A DNA stretch of 64,000 nt from an uncultured Candidatus Saccharibacteria bacterium (GTDB lineage Bacteria > Patescibacteriota > Minisyncoccia > Phycocordibacterales > CAZNKJ01). Shown piece after piece: positions 17,782 to 27,197 of the stretch. The position numbers were made by a program, and so were the translations under genes. Position 1 is the stretch's first letter. Each line of letters opens with the position of its first letter. Below the pieces are notes generated by a model. It worked only from the letters and a program-made list of their open reading frames with translations. It did not search any database and was not told the DNA's origin. The stretch covers positions 2,075 to 66,074 of the forward strand of contig CAZNKJ010000002.1 of NCBI GenBank assembly GCA_964574145.1. The letters run 5' to 3'.

Positions 17782-18540
17782 ATGCATGATGAAAGTGAAG
17801 AAAAAAAGAAAACTCCGCATAATAATGAAAATAGACAGATAGAAAAAGCTCTTTTATGTGAAGAAAATAATGCAGTGGAATCTTGGCGAATTTTTAAAAT
17901 CATGGCAGAGTTTGTTTCTGGTTTTGAGGTGTTGCGACGGTATGATCTTGCTGTAACTTTTTTTGGATCAGCTAGAAGTGAATTAGGTGATAGAATTTAT
18001 GAACATACAACAGAGTTAGCATACAAACTGTCCAAATCAGGCTTTACAGTTATTACTGGAGGTGGTGGGGGAGTTATGGAAGCTGCTAATATTGGTGCTA
18101 CTAAAAACGCAGGTAGTAATTCAGTCGGTCTTAATATTAAACTGCCAAAAGAACAAATCCTAAATAAGTATGTGACTGACTCTGAAGGATTTCATTATTT
18201 TTTTACACGTAAGGTAATGCTAGCCTTTGCTTCAGAAGTATATGTTTTTATGCCGGGTGGTTTTGGTACATTAGACGAACTTTTTGAATTAGTAACTCTT
18301 ATTCAGACTAAAAAAATTAAAAGATTGCCCATAATTCTTTTTGGACGTGACCATTGGGAGCCATTGATTTCTTGGGTAGAGAAAGAACTATATTCTCACT
18401 TACATGCTGTTGATAAGGAAGATATGGAAATTTATCATCTAGTTGATTCAGTTGAAGAAGCATATGATGTAATAATGGAATTGACCGAAGGTGCTCGAAA
18501 AAAAATAGGAGGGAGACGTAGGCAAACTGGGACAGAATAG
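17782..18540 (+). CDS. LOG-family (TIGR00730) Rossmann-fold nucleotide phosphoribohydrolase
   Basis: VTFFGSAR, TGGGGGVMEAAN, FFTRK, PGGFGTLDE. Confidence 0.92.
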   Translation: MHDESEEKKKTPHNNENRQIEKALLCEENNAVESWRIFKIMAEFVSGFEVLRRYDLAVTFFGSARSELGDRIYEHTTELAYKLSKSGFTVITGGGGGVMEAANIGATKNAGSNSVGLNIKLPKEQILNKYVTDSEGFHYFFTRKVMLAFASEVYVFMPGGFGTLDELFELVTLIQTKKIKRLPIILFGRDHWEPLISWVEKELYSHLHAVDKEDMEIYHLVDSVEEAYDVIMELTEGARKKIGGRRRQTGTE

Positions 18541-18695
18541 TCGCTTATTTTTTTTTAGTTTAAATTTATCATGTTACGAGTGACAAAAGAAAAACGATGG
18601 TATAAAGATAGACAAAATATTGCATTGATAACGGGGTTTATCAGTACTATAGTAACTCTTTTGAATTTTTGGATTTCAGTAAATTAAACAGTGAA

Positions 18696-18741
18696 CCCAA
18701 AGCCTTTCTACGGCTGAGATGAGCCGTAGAAAGGCTTTGGG
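18696..18741. repeat. 20-bp perfect inverted repeat
   Basis: CCCAAAGCCTTTCTACGGCT-GAGATG-AGCCGTAGAAAGGCTTTGGG. Confidence 0.9.
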
Positions 18742-18804
18742 GTGAGAGCCTTGCTTTTAAATTTCTTAGTGTGTTACGCTAATGTGACGTTGTGGTATGT
18801 GATA

Positions 18805-18833
18805 TTGACATAGTCGATTTGACGTGCTATGAT
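18805..18833 (+). promoter_or_regulatory. sigma70-type promoter of the transglycosylase-like gene
   Basis: TTGACA-17 nt-TATGAT with extended TG. Confidence 0.75.
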
Positions 18834-18937
18834 AGAAACAAGAATTCGGTACTGCCGGATTTTTCTTTTTGTTATTTTTTCTGTATTTAAATAAGTATAG
18901 AGAAAGAGCAAAAAGTTTGTCATCTAATAATTAGCTT

Positions 18938-19357
18938 ATTTTACACATAGCATTTGCAATAAGTGCCATTCTGTCAACAATGTTTGTTCCTGTGTCTGAC
19001 GGAATGGTAGTAGAAACATCTTATACTTTTTCTGAGTCACCAACGATAGAGGAGTATGTACAAGAGTATTATAAAGAAACCCCTATACTTGCTGATATAG
19101 CGCGGTGTGAGTCTCGAAACCGACAGTTTACAAAGAACGGTGATATTTTTCGTGGGGAGGTAAACGACAGAGATGTCGGAGTTATGCAAATCAATGAGGA
19201 TTATCATCTTAAGACATCCAAAAAACTAGGGTACGATCTGTATTCTTTGGAGGGGAACCTTGCATATGGTCAATATCTCTACAATAAAAAAGGAGTGGCT
19301 CCATGGAAAGCTTCATTTAAGTGTTGGAAAAAGAGTAATCATTTGGCGCGTAAATAA
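18938..19357 (+). CDS. Secreted lysozyme/lytic-transglycosylase-like (SLT-fold, 'ARCES') protein
   Basis: IARCES (catalytic Glu-Ser), DVGVMQIN, GNLAYG.YLY..KG.APW...CW; frame open from 18935 and encodes hydrophobic ILHIAFAISAILST before ATG 18980, so a start at ATT 18938 is proposed. Confidence 0.8.
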   Translation: MLHIAFAISAILSTMFVPVSDGMVVETSYTFSESPTIEEYVQEYYKETPILADIARCESRNRQFTKNGDIFRGEVNDRDVGVMQINEDYHLKTSKKLGYDLYSLEGNLAYGQYLYNKKGVAPWKASFKCWKKSNHLARK

Positions 19358-19377
19358 AAAAGAATGAAAATAGAAGA

Positions 19378-19419
19378 ATACAACACCCACCAGTCTAGCC
19401 AGACTGGTGGGTGTTGTAT
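19378..19419. terminator. 19-bp perfect hairpin, probably a bidirectional terminator
   Basis: ATACAACACCCACCAGTCT-AGCC-AGACTGGTGGGTGTTGTAT. Confidence 0.8.
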
Positions 19420-19737
19420 ATGTATTTGGTTTTAAACAAATGACTTTTGACGTAGTCGCTTTCTAGTTTTTAATAGGGGAGTATACCCAACTTTCTTTCT
19501 TAGCAGAATCAGTAATCTTTTAAATAAGGTTCGCACAATATATCTTTTGCGACACTTATGCAAACACTTTGGACTTTAAATATAAAAAATAAAATACTCA
19601 GACTTTTGCTTTTGCTACTATGTGTGTATAGTTAGTTTTTTATACACCACCTTCCTTCTCTGTCCGAGATCTCAGTTAGACTCCTTACAGTTTTTTCTAT
19701 AAATCTTATTAAAAAATGAACTCTGTCCCCTACTGAT
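19420..19737 (-). ncRNA. Candidate non-coding RNA of unknown family
   Basis: Lies between a minus-strand promoter (19743-19770) and the 19378-19419 hairpin; no ORF of 60 aa or more; several short stems. Confidence 0.3.
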
Positions 19738-19742
19738 ACTAG

Positions 19743-19770
19743 ATTAGAACATTTAAGTAAATGGTGTCAA
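19743..19770 (-). promoter_or_regulatory. Possible sigma70 promoter
   Basis: TTGACA-16 nt-TCTAAT with TG extension. Confidence 0.45.
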
Positions 19771-19801
19771 TAAAATCTATTTGGTATCAATTAAAATACA
19801 A

Positions 19802-19837
19802 AGAGACTGTCCGTTTTAACTTTAACAGGCAGTCTCT
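19802..19837 (-). terminator. Stem-loop downstream of ORF 19860-20081
   Basis: AGAGACTGTC...GGCAGTCTCT, T-rich tail on the minus strand. Confidence 0.55.
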
Positions 19838-19859
19838 ATATTCTATGGTATTCCTTTAA

Positions 19860-20081
19860 TTAATCCAATGTACAGTTCGCTGGTCGAGTCTTGTGCGGAC
19901 AGCGATGTTTGGGGCAACAACACACCCCACAACACAGAGTTAGCGCATCCCAACCATTATCAAATTCATACTGTTCTCCTAGTTTAAAAATTCTCGGGAA
20001 GGTAAAAAAGAATTTCTTTTGTCCCACTGACTCTTGTTTAAAAAAATCAGTTCTTCTTCTTAAGAAAATTTTCTTATACAT
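19860..20081 (-). CDS. Small hypothetical protein with Cys/His-rich C-terminus
   Basis: AGAAGGAAAG 6 nt before ATG; tail CCGVCCCPKHRCPHKTRPANC; hairpin downstream. Confidence 0.45.
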   Translation of the reverse strand: MYKKIFLRRRTDFFKQESVGQKKFFFTFPRIFKLGEQYEFDNGWDALTLCCGVCCCPKHRCPHKTRPANCTLD

Positions 20082-20150
20082 GAGAATCTTTCCTTCTATT
20101 CGTTAGGTTACTACTTAGAGCTTAACACGTTATCCTTTATTTATTAGTTG

Positions 20151-21452
20151 TCAACGAAGAGTGTCGGCATCTCGTAAGTAGTCTAATGGATTGAGATAAG
20201 CTTCGTATGGGGCTATTGGTATAGTAACTACTTTTCCGTTACTTTTACAGGTGTATTTTGTTAACACAACAGCGTCTGCTATGTAGGTGGTAAAGTGTAG
20301 ATGAGGACCTATTGAGTATCCTGTATTACCGGAAAATCCTATAACATCTCCAGTACTAACTGTCTGTCCAGCTTTTACACTAACTACTGATAGGTGCGCG
20401 TACAGAGTAGAAAGTCCATTGTTGTGTTGTATTAGTATCCATTTCCCATACTGGCAATAGCGCACAGAGCCAAGATTTATAGCCTTAACTGTCCCCCCTA
20501 AGGATGCATATACAGACGTTCCTTCTGATGCTCTCAAGTCAACACCGTTATGTCCCTTCCCATTGTATCCTCCAGATCGGGCAAATGGAGTATTTCCAAA
20601 GTACTGAGTAACCCTGAGTCTATTAAGAGGCCATCCGAGTACCCCCTGACCTACAGAAGGAATGGAGTTTGGGTTAAGTGTGAATTTAAGTTGAGATTCC
20701 AGGTCTTGCAAATCTTTTTCAAAACGTTTTTGTGCAGCGCGTTTTGTAGTAAGTAACTTTTGATAGGAGGTCTCTTTGCTTTTGGTAATGGTCAAGAGCT
20801 GGTTTTTTTCAGAACGGTTGTTGTCCAGCACCTTTTTCTTGCCAGCAAGTTCTTTTTTATAAGTAGAAAGTTTGGAGCGCTGTCTCTCAGATTCTTTTTT
20901 CCTTGTTTCTAACTCTTTTTTAAGTAGAGTTAGTTTTTTAACATCTTCTTGCATAACCAATTGAAAACGTTCCATAGTTGTTACTTGGTCCCAGGTTTCA
21001 GAAAGATTCTTATTGGCAAGAATTGTTTCTATAGGTGAATTAGATTCTATTTCATAAATAGTACGTATGGTTTTAGCTATAGCTTTCTTGTTTTGAATTA
21101 CTGTTTTTTCTTTATTAACAATTTCAGTCTTAATTTCTTCTAAAGTAAGATCCGTTGTTTTGATTTTATATTTTGTCAAAGAAATATCTGTTGAGATTTT
21201 TTTTCTGGAGAGATCCAAAGTTTTAATTGCTCTTTGTAAAGTTTTCTTTTCTTTCCCTACTATTCGCAGATCAGCTTCATGTTTATTAATTTCACCTTCT
21301 AGTTTTTTGATTAATTCATTTCTGTTCTCTATCCTTTCTTTTATCTCTTTTTCTGTTGCTGGTTGGGCAAATACATAGTTATTTACCCATACAAATTGTG
21401 TAAATAGAATAATAATAACTATATATATAGTTTTGTTGAGTTCAATTTTCAT
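20151..21452 (-). CDS. Coiled-coil + M23 peptidoglycan endopeptidase (EnvC/MepM-like)
   Basis: Signal/TM, long coiled coil, HNGVD, YAHLS, GNTG.S.GPHLHF. Confidence 0.92.
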   Translation of the reverse strand: MKIELNKTIYIVIIILFTQFVWVNNYVFAQPATEKEIKERIENRNELIKKLEGEINKHEADLRIVGKEKKTLQRAIKTLDLSRKKISTDISLTKYKIKTTDLTLEEIKTEIVNKEKTVIQNKKAIAKTIRTIYEIESNSPIETILANKNLSETWDQVTTMERFQLVMQEDVKKLTLLKKELETRKKESERQRSKLSTYKKELAGKKKVLDNNRSEKNQLLTITKSKETSYQKLLTTKRAAQKRFEKDLQDLESQLKFTLNPNSIPSVGQGVLGWPLNRLRVTQYFGNTPFARSGGYNGKGHNGVDLRASEGTSVYASLGGTVKAINLGSVRYCQYGKWILIQHNNGLSTLYAHLSVVSVKAGQTVSTGDVIGFSGNTGYSIGPHLHFTTYIADAVVLTKYTCKSNGKVVTIPIAPYEAYLNPLDYLRDADTLR

Positions 21453-22833
21453 TTTTTAATAATTCGTGGGCAGACAGGAGTCTTTTAAGTGTCTCTTGTT
21501 TCCCTATGATAGCTGCAATAGTAAATGGGTCTGAGGATCTTTCTTTACCTGAAAGAGCTACTCGCATAGGCCAGAGAACCAACCCCCTTCCCTCTTCGCT
21601 AGCATAATCCCATAAAGCATCTTTAATTTTTTCTTTATTGAAGTGTTCTGTCGGAATAGTTTTTATGTATTTCTCAATTACGAGTAGTCTCTTTTTAGTG
21701 TTCTCCACATTCTCTTCTTCTTTTTTAGGAAGTAAAAGATTAGAGCTACTCAATAAAGGAGCTTCGAAGTAATAATCTAATTCCCCCTCGTCTGTCGATT
21801 TTTTAATCTCACTGAAGTGAGTTATTCGTTCCCTAAGAACAATGGCTACTTCCTTAAGTCTTTCTTTAGTATATGTTCTTTTTTCCTTTATGAGATCAGG
21901 CATATGTTCTTCAATGTTTTTTATGAGTTTCTCTATTGGCATGATTTTAATATACTCAGAGTTAAACCAATTAAGTTTTTCTATGTTAAACACAGCTCCT
22001 CCTTTTTGTATATGTTTTAGAGAAAATTTTTCGATGAGATCGTCCAATGTAAAAAATTCTTGTTCTGTTCCAGGATTCCAGCCTAACAGTGCTAAGTAAT
22101 TTATCAAAGCCTCTGGAAGATATCCTTCTTTTTTATATTCTTCAATACTGACTGTGGTATTTTTTCGTTTTGATAATTTAGAACGGTCTGCGGCCAAGAT
22201 AAGAGGTATGTGAGCATACAGATGTCTTTCTATGCCTAATGCCTCTTGAATTAAAATTTGACGGGGGGTATTTGAGATATGATCTTCTCCACGAATTATA
22301 TGAGATACATTCATGTCATCATCATCTATTACTACAGCCAAATGGTACAATGGTTCATTTATACTCCTAGCTATAACAAAATCTCCTAACTCAGATGTGT
22401 TGAATGTAACATCACCACGAATAATGTCTGTAAAAGTTATATTTTTATTTTGATTGCGTAAGCGCACTACTTCTACCTCATTTCCAGACCCATCTTTACT
22501 TATTTCTTTTGAAACAAATGCTTTGTCTGTGTCTAGTAATTTTTTTATAGCGCTGGTATAAATATCTGCTCTCTCACTCTGTCGATAAAATTCATCGTGA
22601 GTGAGTCCTAACCAAGCGAGCCCATCTAATATTTCTTTTTCATATTTATCAGAACTTCTTTTTACATCTGTATCTTCTGAACGAATGATAAATTTGCCTT
22701 TATTTTGTCGTGCGAAAAGAAAATTAAATAAGGATGTGCGAGCCGTTCCTATGTGTAAATTTCCAGTAGGGCTGGGGGCGATTCGTGTTACTACTTCGGT
22801 AGATTTTCGCATTGTAATTTTATTTATTTTCAT
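21442..22833 (-). CDS. gltX: Glutamate--tRNA ligase
   Basis: TRIAPSPTGNLHIGT, IRSEDTD, IIRGEDH, KLSKR; start possibly at MRKS. Confidence 0.97.
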   Translation of the reverse strand: MKINKITMRKSTEVVTRIAPSPTGNLHIGTARTSLFNFLFARQNKGKFIIRSEDTDVKRSSDKYEKEILDGLAWLGLTHDEFYRQSERADIYTSAIKKLLDTDKAFVSKEISKDGSGNEVEVVRLRNQNKNITFTDIIRGDVTFNTSELGDFVIARSINEPLYHLAVVIDDDDMNVSHIIRGEDHISNTPRQILIQEALGIERHLYAHIPLILAADRSKLSKRKNTTVSIEEYKKEGYLPEALINYLALLGWNPGTEQEFFTLDDLIEKFSLKHIQKGGAVFNIEKLNWFNSEYIKIMPIEKLIKNIEEHMPDLIKEKRTYTKERLKEVAIVLRERITHFSEIKKSTDEGELDYYFEAPLLSSSNLLLPKKEEENVENTKKRLLVIEKYIKTIPTEHFNKEKIKDALWDYASEEGRGLVLWPMRVALSGKERSSDPFTIAAIIGKQETLKRLLSAHELLKNEN

Positions 22834-23956
22834 GATTTAGAGCTATTTCCATTACCGCTTCGGCAATAGAACGGGCTGCTCTTGGTGTAGCGAATTTTTT
22901 TGCGGCTTCCGACATTTCTTTCTGTAATTCATTATTTTTCATAATACGTTCAATTTCTGAAAGAAGAAGATTTGGAGTAAGGTTTCTTTCTTCAATAACG
23001 TCGGTTGCTCCTCCGCGCGCGTAGGTGTAAGCATTTTTTTGTTGATCATGAGAAATTTCTTCTGGAATTGGGACAATTATTGACGGTAGTCCCCAAGCAG
23101 CTATTTCAAAAATAGCCACCGATCCTGCTCGTGATATAACCAAAGTTGAAGCTCCTGCAGCCATACGCATAGCTAAAAGATCTAAGTAGTTAAAAATATT
23201 ATATCTATTTTTGTATTTATTTTCGCGAAGAATAAATTCTGATGTCCTCTGAACTTCTTCAAAGTTTTTCTTTCCGGTTTGATGGATAATTTGGTATTTT
23301 TCGATTAATTTAGGTAAAGCGTCTAATATAACATCATTGATACGCACGGCACCTTGTGAGCCCCCAAGTATTAAGATAGTAGGTATTTTTTGGTCAAGTT
23401 TTAAAAATTCTTTCCCACCTTCTTTGGCTACTGTATAAAGTGCATGTCGAATCGGCTGGCCTGTTAAAGCAACGTTCTCATTTCCTTTGAAATACTCTGC
23501 GGTTTCAGGGTATGAAATGGCTATTTTTTTAGCAAATTTACCTGCCCAGGCGTTAACTCTGCCTGGCTTCACATCTGATTCATGGATAACTACAGGTATA
23601 CGCAAGATTCGCGCGGCAACAAGAGTTGGAAAGCTGGCGTAACCTCCTTTACTGAATACAACATCTGGATATATTCTATATAGACGTAATATTGAGCGTA
23701 TGACTCCGTACATTGTTTTTAGCAGGTCAAATAAATTGAGAATTGAGAAATATCGACGTATTTTCCCTGCAGAACTTTGTTGAAATTTAATATCATTTTC
23801 ATACAGAGCTCTAGGGTCAAAAGGTTCTGGACCAATATAGTAAAGTTTAGGTTCTAGAATCTTTCTTTCCTCTACAATAGAATGTATCTCCTCCGCAACT
23901 GCTATAATAGGGTAAAAATGCCCCCCACTACCTCCTCCTGTAAAAACGATTTTCAT
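22820..23956 (-). CDS. murG: Lipid II GlcNAc transferase
   Basis: TGGGSGGHFYP, KGGYAS, HESD, GGSQGA, SRAG, HDQQKNA. Confidence 0.96.
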   Translation of the reverse strand: MKIVFTGGGSGGHFYPIIAVAEEIHSIVEERKILEPKLYYIGPEPFDPRALYENDIKFQQSSAGKIRRYFSILNLFDLLKTMYGVIRSILRLYRIYPDVVFSKGGYASFPTLVAARILRIPVVIHESDVKPGRVNAWAGKFAKKIAISYPETAEYFKGNENVALTGQPIRHALYTVAKEGGKEFLKLDQKIPTILILGGSQGAVRINDVILDALPKLIEKYQIIHQTGKKNFEEVQRTSEFILRENKYKNRYNIFNYLDLLAMRMAAGASTLVISRAGSVAIFEIAAWGLPSIIVPIPEEISHDQQKNAYTYARGGATDVIEERNLTPNLLLSEIERIMKNNELQKEMSEAAKKFATPRAARSIAEAVMEIALNHENK

Positions 23957-23971
23957 TACATTTTTTATTTA

Positions 23972-25090
23972 CTAAGATGATATCTTATTTTTTGTGGCAT
24001 ATCGTGACACATTCAGGATAATACCAACCCCAATTAAGGCAAGAAATAGTGCACTACCTCCGTGACTTACGAACAATAGAGGTAGCCCTGTTAATGGAAA
24101 TATTCCAACTAGTGATCCTATGTTTATAAATGATTGAGATGTGATAAGTATAACAATTCCGACCACAATGAGTCCACCAAATTTATCAGGAGCACGGCTT
24201 GCTATTCTCATTCCTCGCAAGGTAAAAAATATAAAAAGAGATATCAAAAAAGTTACTCCAATAAATCCAAATTCTTCTGCAAAGACTGCAAATATGGAGT
24301 CTCCTATTGGTTCTGGTAGGTAATTAAATTTTTGTACACTTTGACCAAACCCTCTGCCGAACATTTGACCTGATCCTATGGCTATTAATGCTTGTTGTAT
24401 TTGGTAGCCACTGCCTAGAGGGTCTAGGGCTGGATTTAAAAAAGTCAAAAGTCTATCCATAACGTAGGGTCTGACGCTTGCTACTACTGCAAATGCACCC
24501 ACTGATAGGACTCCAAGTCCTACTATGTCGCGAACACGAGCGCCAGCTGCCACAAACATAGCCAATGCTGTAGAAAAAATTACTAATACGGTTCCTGTGT
24601 CTGGCTGAAGAAGTAAAATGATGCTTGGTAAGCTTAATAAGCCGACAAACGGCAAGATCCCTTGTTTCCAGGAATAAAGTTTTTCTTTAAGAGAAGATAG
24701 AAAAGATGCTAAGTAAATAACAAAACCAAGTTTTAATAATTCAGCTGGTTGAAATGTCGTGAAGCCAATGTTAATCCATCGAGTTGCTCCACCGTAGCTA
24801 AATCCTATACCTGGTACAAAAACTAAAAGTGTGATACCTAAAGATATAAGAAATATATAAGGAGCGTATCGACGATATATACGATAATGAATACGTGTGG
24901 CGAACAGAAGTCCAATGAAACCCCCAATAATTCCAAGAAAAATTTGGCCGAGTGCTACAGAGGTAAATGTAGCCCCGTTACGCGCTAAAAGTCCCAAAGA
25001 AGCTGATGAAAAAATTAAAAAACCGACAAATACTAGGACTATTACAGAGATAAGAAAGGTACGGTCAGTACTATTACGTGGGCGTAACAT
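23972..25090 (-). CDS. ftsW: SEDS peptidoglycan glycosyltransferase (FtsW/RodA)
   Basis: GATRWI, FQPAELLK, LQPDTGT, GYQIQQALIAIGSG, LPEPIGDSIF, PLTGLPL; located between mraY and murG. Confidence 0.9.
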   Translation of the reverse strand: MLRPRNSTDRTFLISVIVLVFVGFLIFSSASLGLLARNGATFTSVALGQIFLGIIGGFIGLLFATRIHYRIYRRYAPYIFLISLGITLLVFVPGIGFSYGGATRWINIGFTTFQPAELLKLGFVIYLASFLSSLKEKLYSWKQGILPFVGLLSLPSIILLLQPDTGTVLVIFSTALAMFVAAGARVRDIVGLGVLSVGAFAVVASVRPYVMDRLLTFLNPALDPLGSGYQIQQALIAIGSGQMFGRGFGQSVQKFNYLPEPIGDSIFAVFAEEFGFIGVTFLISLFIFFTLRGMRIASRAPDKFGGLIVVGIVILITSQSFINIGSLVGIFPLTGLPLLFVSHGGSALFLALIGVGIILNVSRYATKNKISS

Positions 25091-25094
25091 ATAC

Positions 25095-26150
25095 TTATCC
25101 TATAAAAGCAAGAATTATTCCTGACAGTGCAAAAACAACAGAAAGGATCCAATATCTCATTACTACCTTAGGTCCAGACCACCCTATAGCTTCAAAATGA
25201 TGATGAATCGGAGCAACTCGAAAAATCTTTTTTCCGCGGATTTTTTTTGAAAGTACTTGCAAGATATTTGAACCTACTGTGATGACTAAAAGAAAAGCAA
25301 TGATAGGAAGAACAGCTATTCCAATCCCCCCTCCAAGGGAATCTGTCATAAATGCTATGACAGCTATGGTAAGTGTGAGTCCCATTGTTCCCGTTTCTGT
25401 CATGTAAAAACGTGCAGGAGGAATATTAAACCAAAGAAAAGCAAGAATAGCGCCTGTGATCATCGCAGAGAAGGCTGCCAAATTAATTTGATCTTGACTG
25501 AAAGCTATAGCAGAGTATGCAGCAAAGATGCTCGCGAATACTCCTCCAGAGAGTCCGTCTATCCCATCTATTACACCACTTGCATATAATGCTAAGGAGA
25601 CTGTGATAAAAAATGGAATAATAAGCCAACCAATTTCAAAAATACCACCAAAAGGAATTCCTATACCTGTAATATCAAGTTTTGTATAAAACCACCATCC
25701 TATAAAGCCGGATATTAATGTGATGAAAATGAGTCTACGTTGTAGTGAAAGTCCGTCTTTTCCACGTATGTCCATTAGATCATTGAACAGACCCACTAAT
25801 GCTCCGAGTATTAGTGTAAATAAAGGTATCCAAGTTTGTTCTCGTGACAGAAAACTTAATTTTATAGTAGCAGTGCTTGGAAAAAGTTGAGCTAAAAAAG
25901 CAATGCCTATGATTGTAATAATAGCGCTACCCCAAATAACAATCCCCCCCATTCTAGGTATATAGCCTTCTTTTTCTCTATGTAGTTTGTTAAATTCTTG
26001 CGCGTCTGTTCCATCAAGGGCTATTTTCCCAGGTATCTTTTTCCAAGCTTTATATTTATAGAGATAGTGAGTTAGTATTGGTGTAATTAAAATACCCACT
26101 AAAAAAGCAGTAGTGGCTGGAAGCATTATTTTAACAACGTCAATTATCAT
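25095..26150 (-). CDS. mraY: Phospho-N-acetylmuramoyl-pentapeptide transferase (divergent)
   Basis: PRMGG, DGIDGL, FLWFNIPPA, APIHHHFE.IGW; dcw context. Confidence 0.9.
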   Translation of the reverse strand: MIIDVVKIMLPATTAFLVGILITPILTHYLYKYKAWKKIPGKIALDGTDAQEFNKLHREKEGYIPRMGGIVIWGSAIITIIGIAFLAQLFPSTATIKLSFLSREQTWIPLFTLILGALVGLFNDLMDIRGKDGLSLQRRLIFITLISGFIGWWFYTKLDITGIGIPFGGIFEIGWLIIPFFITVSLALYASGVIDGIDGLSGGVFASIFAAYSAIAFSQDQINLAAFSAMITGAILAFLWFNIPPARFYMTETGTMGLTLTIAVIAFMTDSLGGGIGIAVLPIIAFLLVITVGSNILQVLSKKIRGKKIFRVAPIHHHFEAIGWSGPKVVMRYWILSVVFALSGIILAFIG

Positions 26151-26176
26151 TTTGTTTAGTATAGTCTAACGAATCC

Positions 26177-27169
26177 TTATTCTTTCTGCAAAGCAAAAAA
26201 ATCTAACGTTTTTTGAACTAATAGTTCGACATCTTTGAAGCGTCCTTCAAAGGTTGACCCTAGGACTGAAATTAAAATCGGGCGATTAATTCCAGCGTCA
26301 AATGCCACAACTAAATTTCCACCAGCAAGATCTGTAAAACCTGTTTTTGAAGCAATAAGGCCGGGAATATTTTTGATAGATTTATTAGTGTTATCTCCAT
26401 CATGTAATTTGTTGTCAAGGGATAGATAATATACAGAGGTCTCACGAGTTGCATCTAACGAAACCGGGGTGTGCAAGAGAGAGTAATAAAGTAGAGTAAC
26501 TACATCTTTTGCGGATCCATAACCTCCGCTTATGTATTTGTTTGTATCAAGTCCTGTTGGATTGAGAAAATAGGTTTGAGTTAATCCTATTTTCCCCGCT
26601 TTTTTATTCATCAGATTCACAAAAGCTTTTCCGGCTTTTATGTTTGGATTTTTGTCTATAGATCCAGCGGCATAAGCAAGTGCTCGCGCCCCATCGTTAG
26701 AAGAAACAAGAAGGGTAAAACTTATTAAATCTTTTACTTTCCATTCTTCTCCTTGTATAAGTCCGCTGTCCCCTTCCGCAGATAGCGCTTGTTTGTTTAT
26801 TAGTATCTTACTTTCAGGAGATAGCTTTTCTGTTGAAATAATAGCTGTCATGAGTTTTGTAAGAGAAGCTAGAGGTAGTTGTGTTTCTTTATTTTTACTA
26901 TAAAGAATTTTCCCACTTTGCGCATCAAATACATATGCTGCTTTGGCAGATATAGAAACTGAATCAAAAGGATTAGATTCCAGAGAAGTTTTCTCTGCAC
27001 GTTTGGTTTTTCCTCCTCCTTCAATTTTTTGTGAAGAAAATGAGAGGGTGTAAATTGTAATTATTGTAAGAAAAAGAAAACTAGAAATAATCAAAAGAAA
27101 AAGAAAACGTTTAGAAAAAACTTTATCTTCCTTTTCTATGGGTGTTGTTGAATTTACTTCTTCGTACAT
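26177..27169 (-). CDS. D-alanyl-D-alanine carboxypeptidase (peptidase S11)
   Basis: ASLTKLMT (SxxK), SSN (SxN), NPTGLD, KTGFT..AG. Confidence 0.92.
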   Translation of the reverse strand: MYEEVNSTTPIEKEDKVFSKRFLFLLIISSFLFLTIITIYTLSFSSQKIEGGGKTKRAEKTSLESNPFDSVSISAKAAYVFDAQSGKILYSKNKETQLPLASLTKLMTAIISTEKLSPESKILINKQALSAEGDSGLIQGEEWKVKDLISFTLLVSSNDGARALAYAAGSIDKNPNIKAGKAFVNLMNKKAGKIGLTQTYFLNPTGLDTNKYISGGYGSAKDVVTLLYYSLLHTPVSLDATRETSVYYLSLDNKLHDGDNTNKSIKNIPGLIASKTGFTDLAGGNLVVAFDAGINRPILISVLGSTFEGRFKDVELLVQKTLDFFALQKE

Positions 27170-27197
27170 ATTTATTTAATTTAATAAGCTTTCCTAT

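Noticed and set aside
19420-19737. tmRNA, RNase P RNA or tRNA
   Set aside because: Starts with GGGGAC but I see no T-loop/CCA end, tag reading frame or RNase P GAGGAAAGUCC motif
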